A stretch of DNA of 62,933 nucleotides, filler included, from Octopus bimaculoides (taxonomy: Eukaryota): assembly GCF_001194135.2 (NCBI RefSeq). It is 4 parts of 4 records of this genome, joined end to end, with 100 filler letters (N's around TTAATTAATTAA, not from the genome) between each part and the next. Parts side by side here need not be neighbours in the genome. Positions count along the whole stretch, not along the records: positions 54,111 to 62,933 come from NC_068988.1; 3 more parts are not named here. One strand, given 5' to 3'. Positions 61,911 through 62,933 of the stretch are shown here, one piece after another. The notes beneath the pieces were generated by a model, which saw only the letters and a program-made list of their open reading frames with translations, had not been told where the DNA came from and searched no databases. The position numbers and the translations under genes were made by a program. Numbering within the stretch: position 1 is the stretch's first letter; every line of letters begins with the position of its first letter.

Positions 61911-62863
61911 ACCCCGGTCAACCATTGCTAAACAGCCCTGTTATGATAATCATTCAACAATAATACTTTGACAGTCTCTCATTGGATGGCGTCATCCAAT
62001 TTATCCCACTTTTTAAAGGCAGTAAAACATGTTTCGAAGGAAATTTGACTGCTATTTCTAGTATATTGATCCACCACTTTAAGTAGTCATAATAGAGTTG
62101 GTGGTGAAGGCGGTGGTGTGATGGCGGTGGTGTGATGATGGTGGTGGTGGTGGTGGTGGTGGTAGCAGTGGTGTTGGCGGTTGTAGTGGTAGTGGTGATG
62201 GTGGTAGTGACAGTGTCGGTTATAGAGGTAATGGTGATGGTGTTAATGGTGGTGGTGATACTATTGGTGCTTGCAATGATGTGGTGATAGTGGTGGTTGC
62301 AGCGGCGGCGGCGGCGGCGGCGGCTATGACAGTTCTTTCATCGAACATTTTCTCGTTGAACGTAGACAGTAAAACGAAATCGTATTGAAGTGTGTTTTTT
62401 AAGGTTACCTATTGTGTAGGCGGTAGCATAGAAGTATTTCTAAAACGTTATACTGACTAGTGATTTGTTCTTATATAAACAAATCTTACACATTGCATAT
62501 TTGTATATGTTTATATACTGTCTGAGAGAGAAACAATAAATCTACAAAATTGATGATATAAAAATCAATTCACGCCTTTCTTGCTTGCCAGACAAACTTG
62601 ATAACATTTTCTCCACAAGAAGCTTGACATGTTTTCATCTCACCGATTAAGCTACAAAGATCAATGTCCAATCACTCAACAGTTTTCGCAAACACGGACA
62701 CCTTACATGTTTCAGTTTCATTATTTGAACTTACGTTGAGTACAGGTGTTTATTTGTACGTCTGTTGAAGTATAAGTATATTGTATGTATGTATGTATGT
62801 ATGGGTAAATAAATATGCAGTACATATATATATATATAGAGAGAGAGAGAGAGGGGGGAGAGA

Positions 62864-62933
<70 letters not shown>

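Overview
Repeat-dominated, AT-rich eukaryotic DNA with many N gaps. The SINE, LINE and microsatellite content resembles coleoid cephalopod (Octopus-like) genomes; the species is an inference. Three artificial 100-bp spacers (N44-TTAATTAATTAA-N44 at 19146-19245, 34208-34307 and 54011-54110) divide the window into four blocks whose adjacency the sequence does not support. The only well-supported host gene is a + strand fragment in block 2. It has three phase-compatible exons (30669-30814, 31599-31646, 32887-33001) and probably a 22-nt microexon (27388-27409). Together they encode a cysteine-capped FN3-like ectodomain module of the type seen in invertebrate IL-17-receptor-like and Torso-like receptors. 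Almost everything else is mobile DNA: modular tRNA-derived SINE families (labelled A-E here), RTE, RLE-type and Tx1/L1 LINE relics, a gypsy LTR+gag relic, Tc1/mariner (DD37D), Chapaev3-like and ISL2EU/KolobokE-like relics, and TTAA-site MITEs. The most interesting observations: (1) minimal Penelope-type hammerhead ribozyme motifs, one joined to a tRNA-derived Pol III head (a SINE-ribozyme chimera); (2) a SINE subfamily that shares its 3' tail with an ORF1-only Tx1-like element and sits twice at the same position in a related SINE head; (3) the microexon-containing cytokine-receptor-like gene. Nearly all ORFs in the supplied track are microsatellite or N-run artefacts. SINE boundaries are approximate unless a TSD is quoted.
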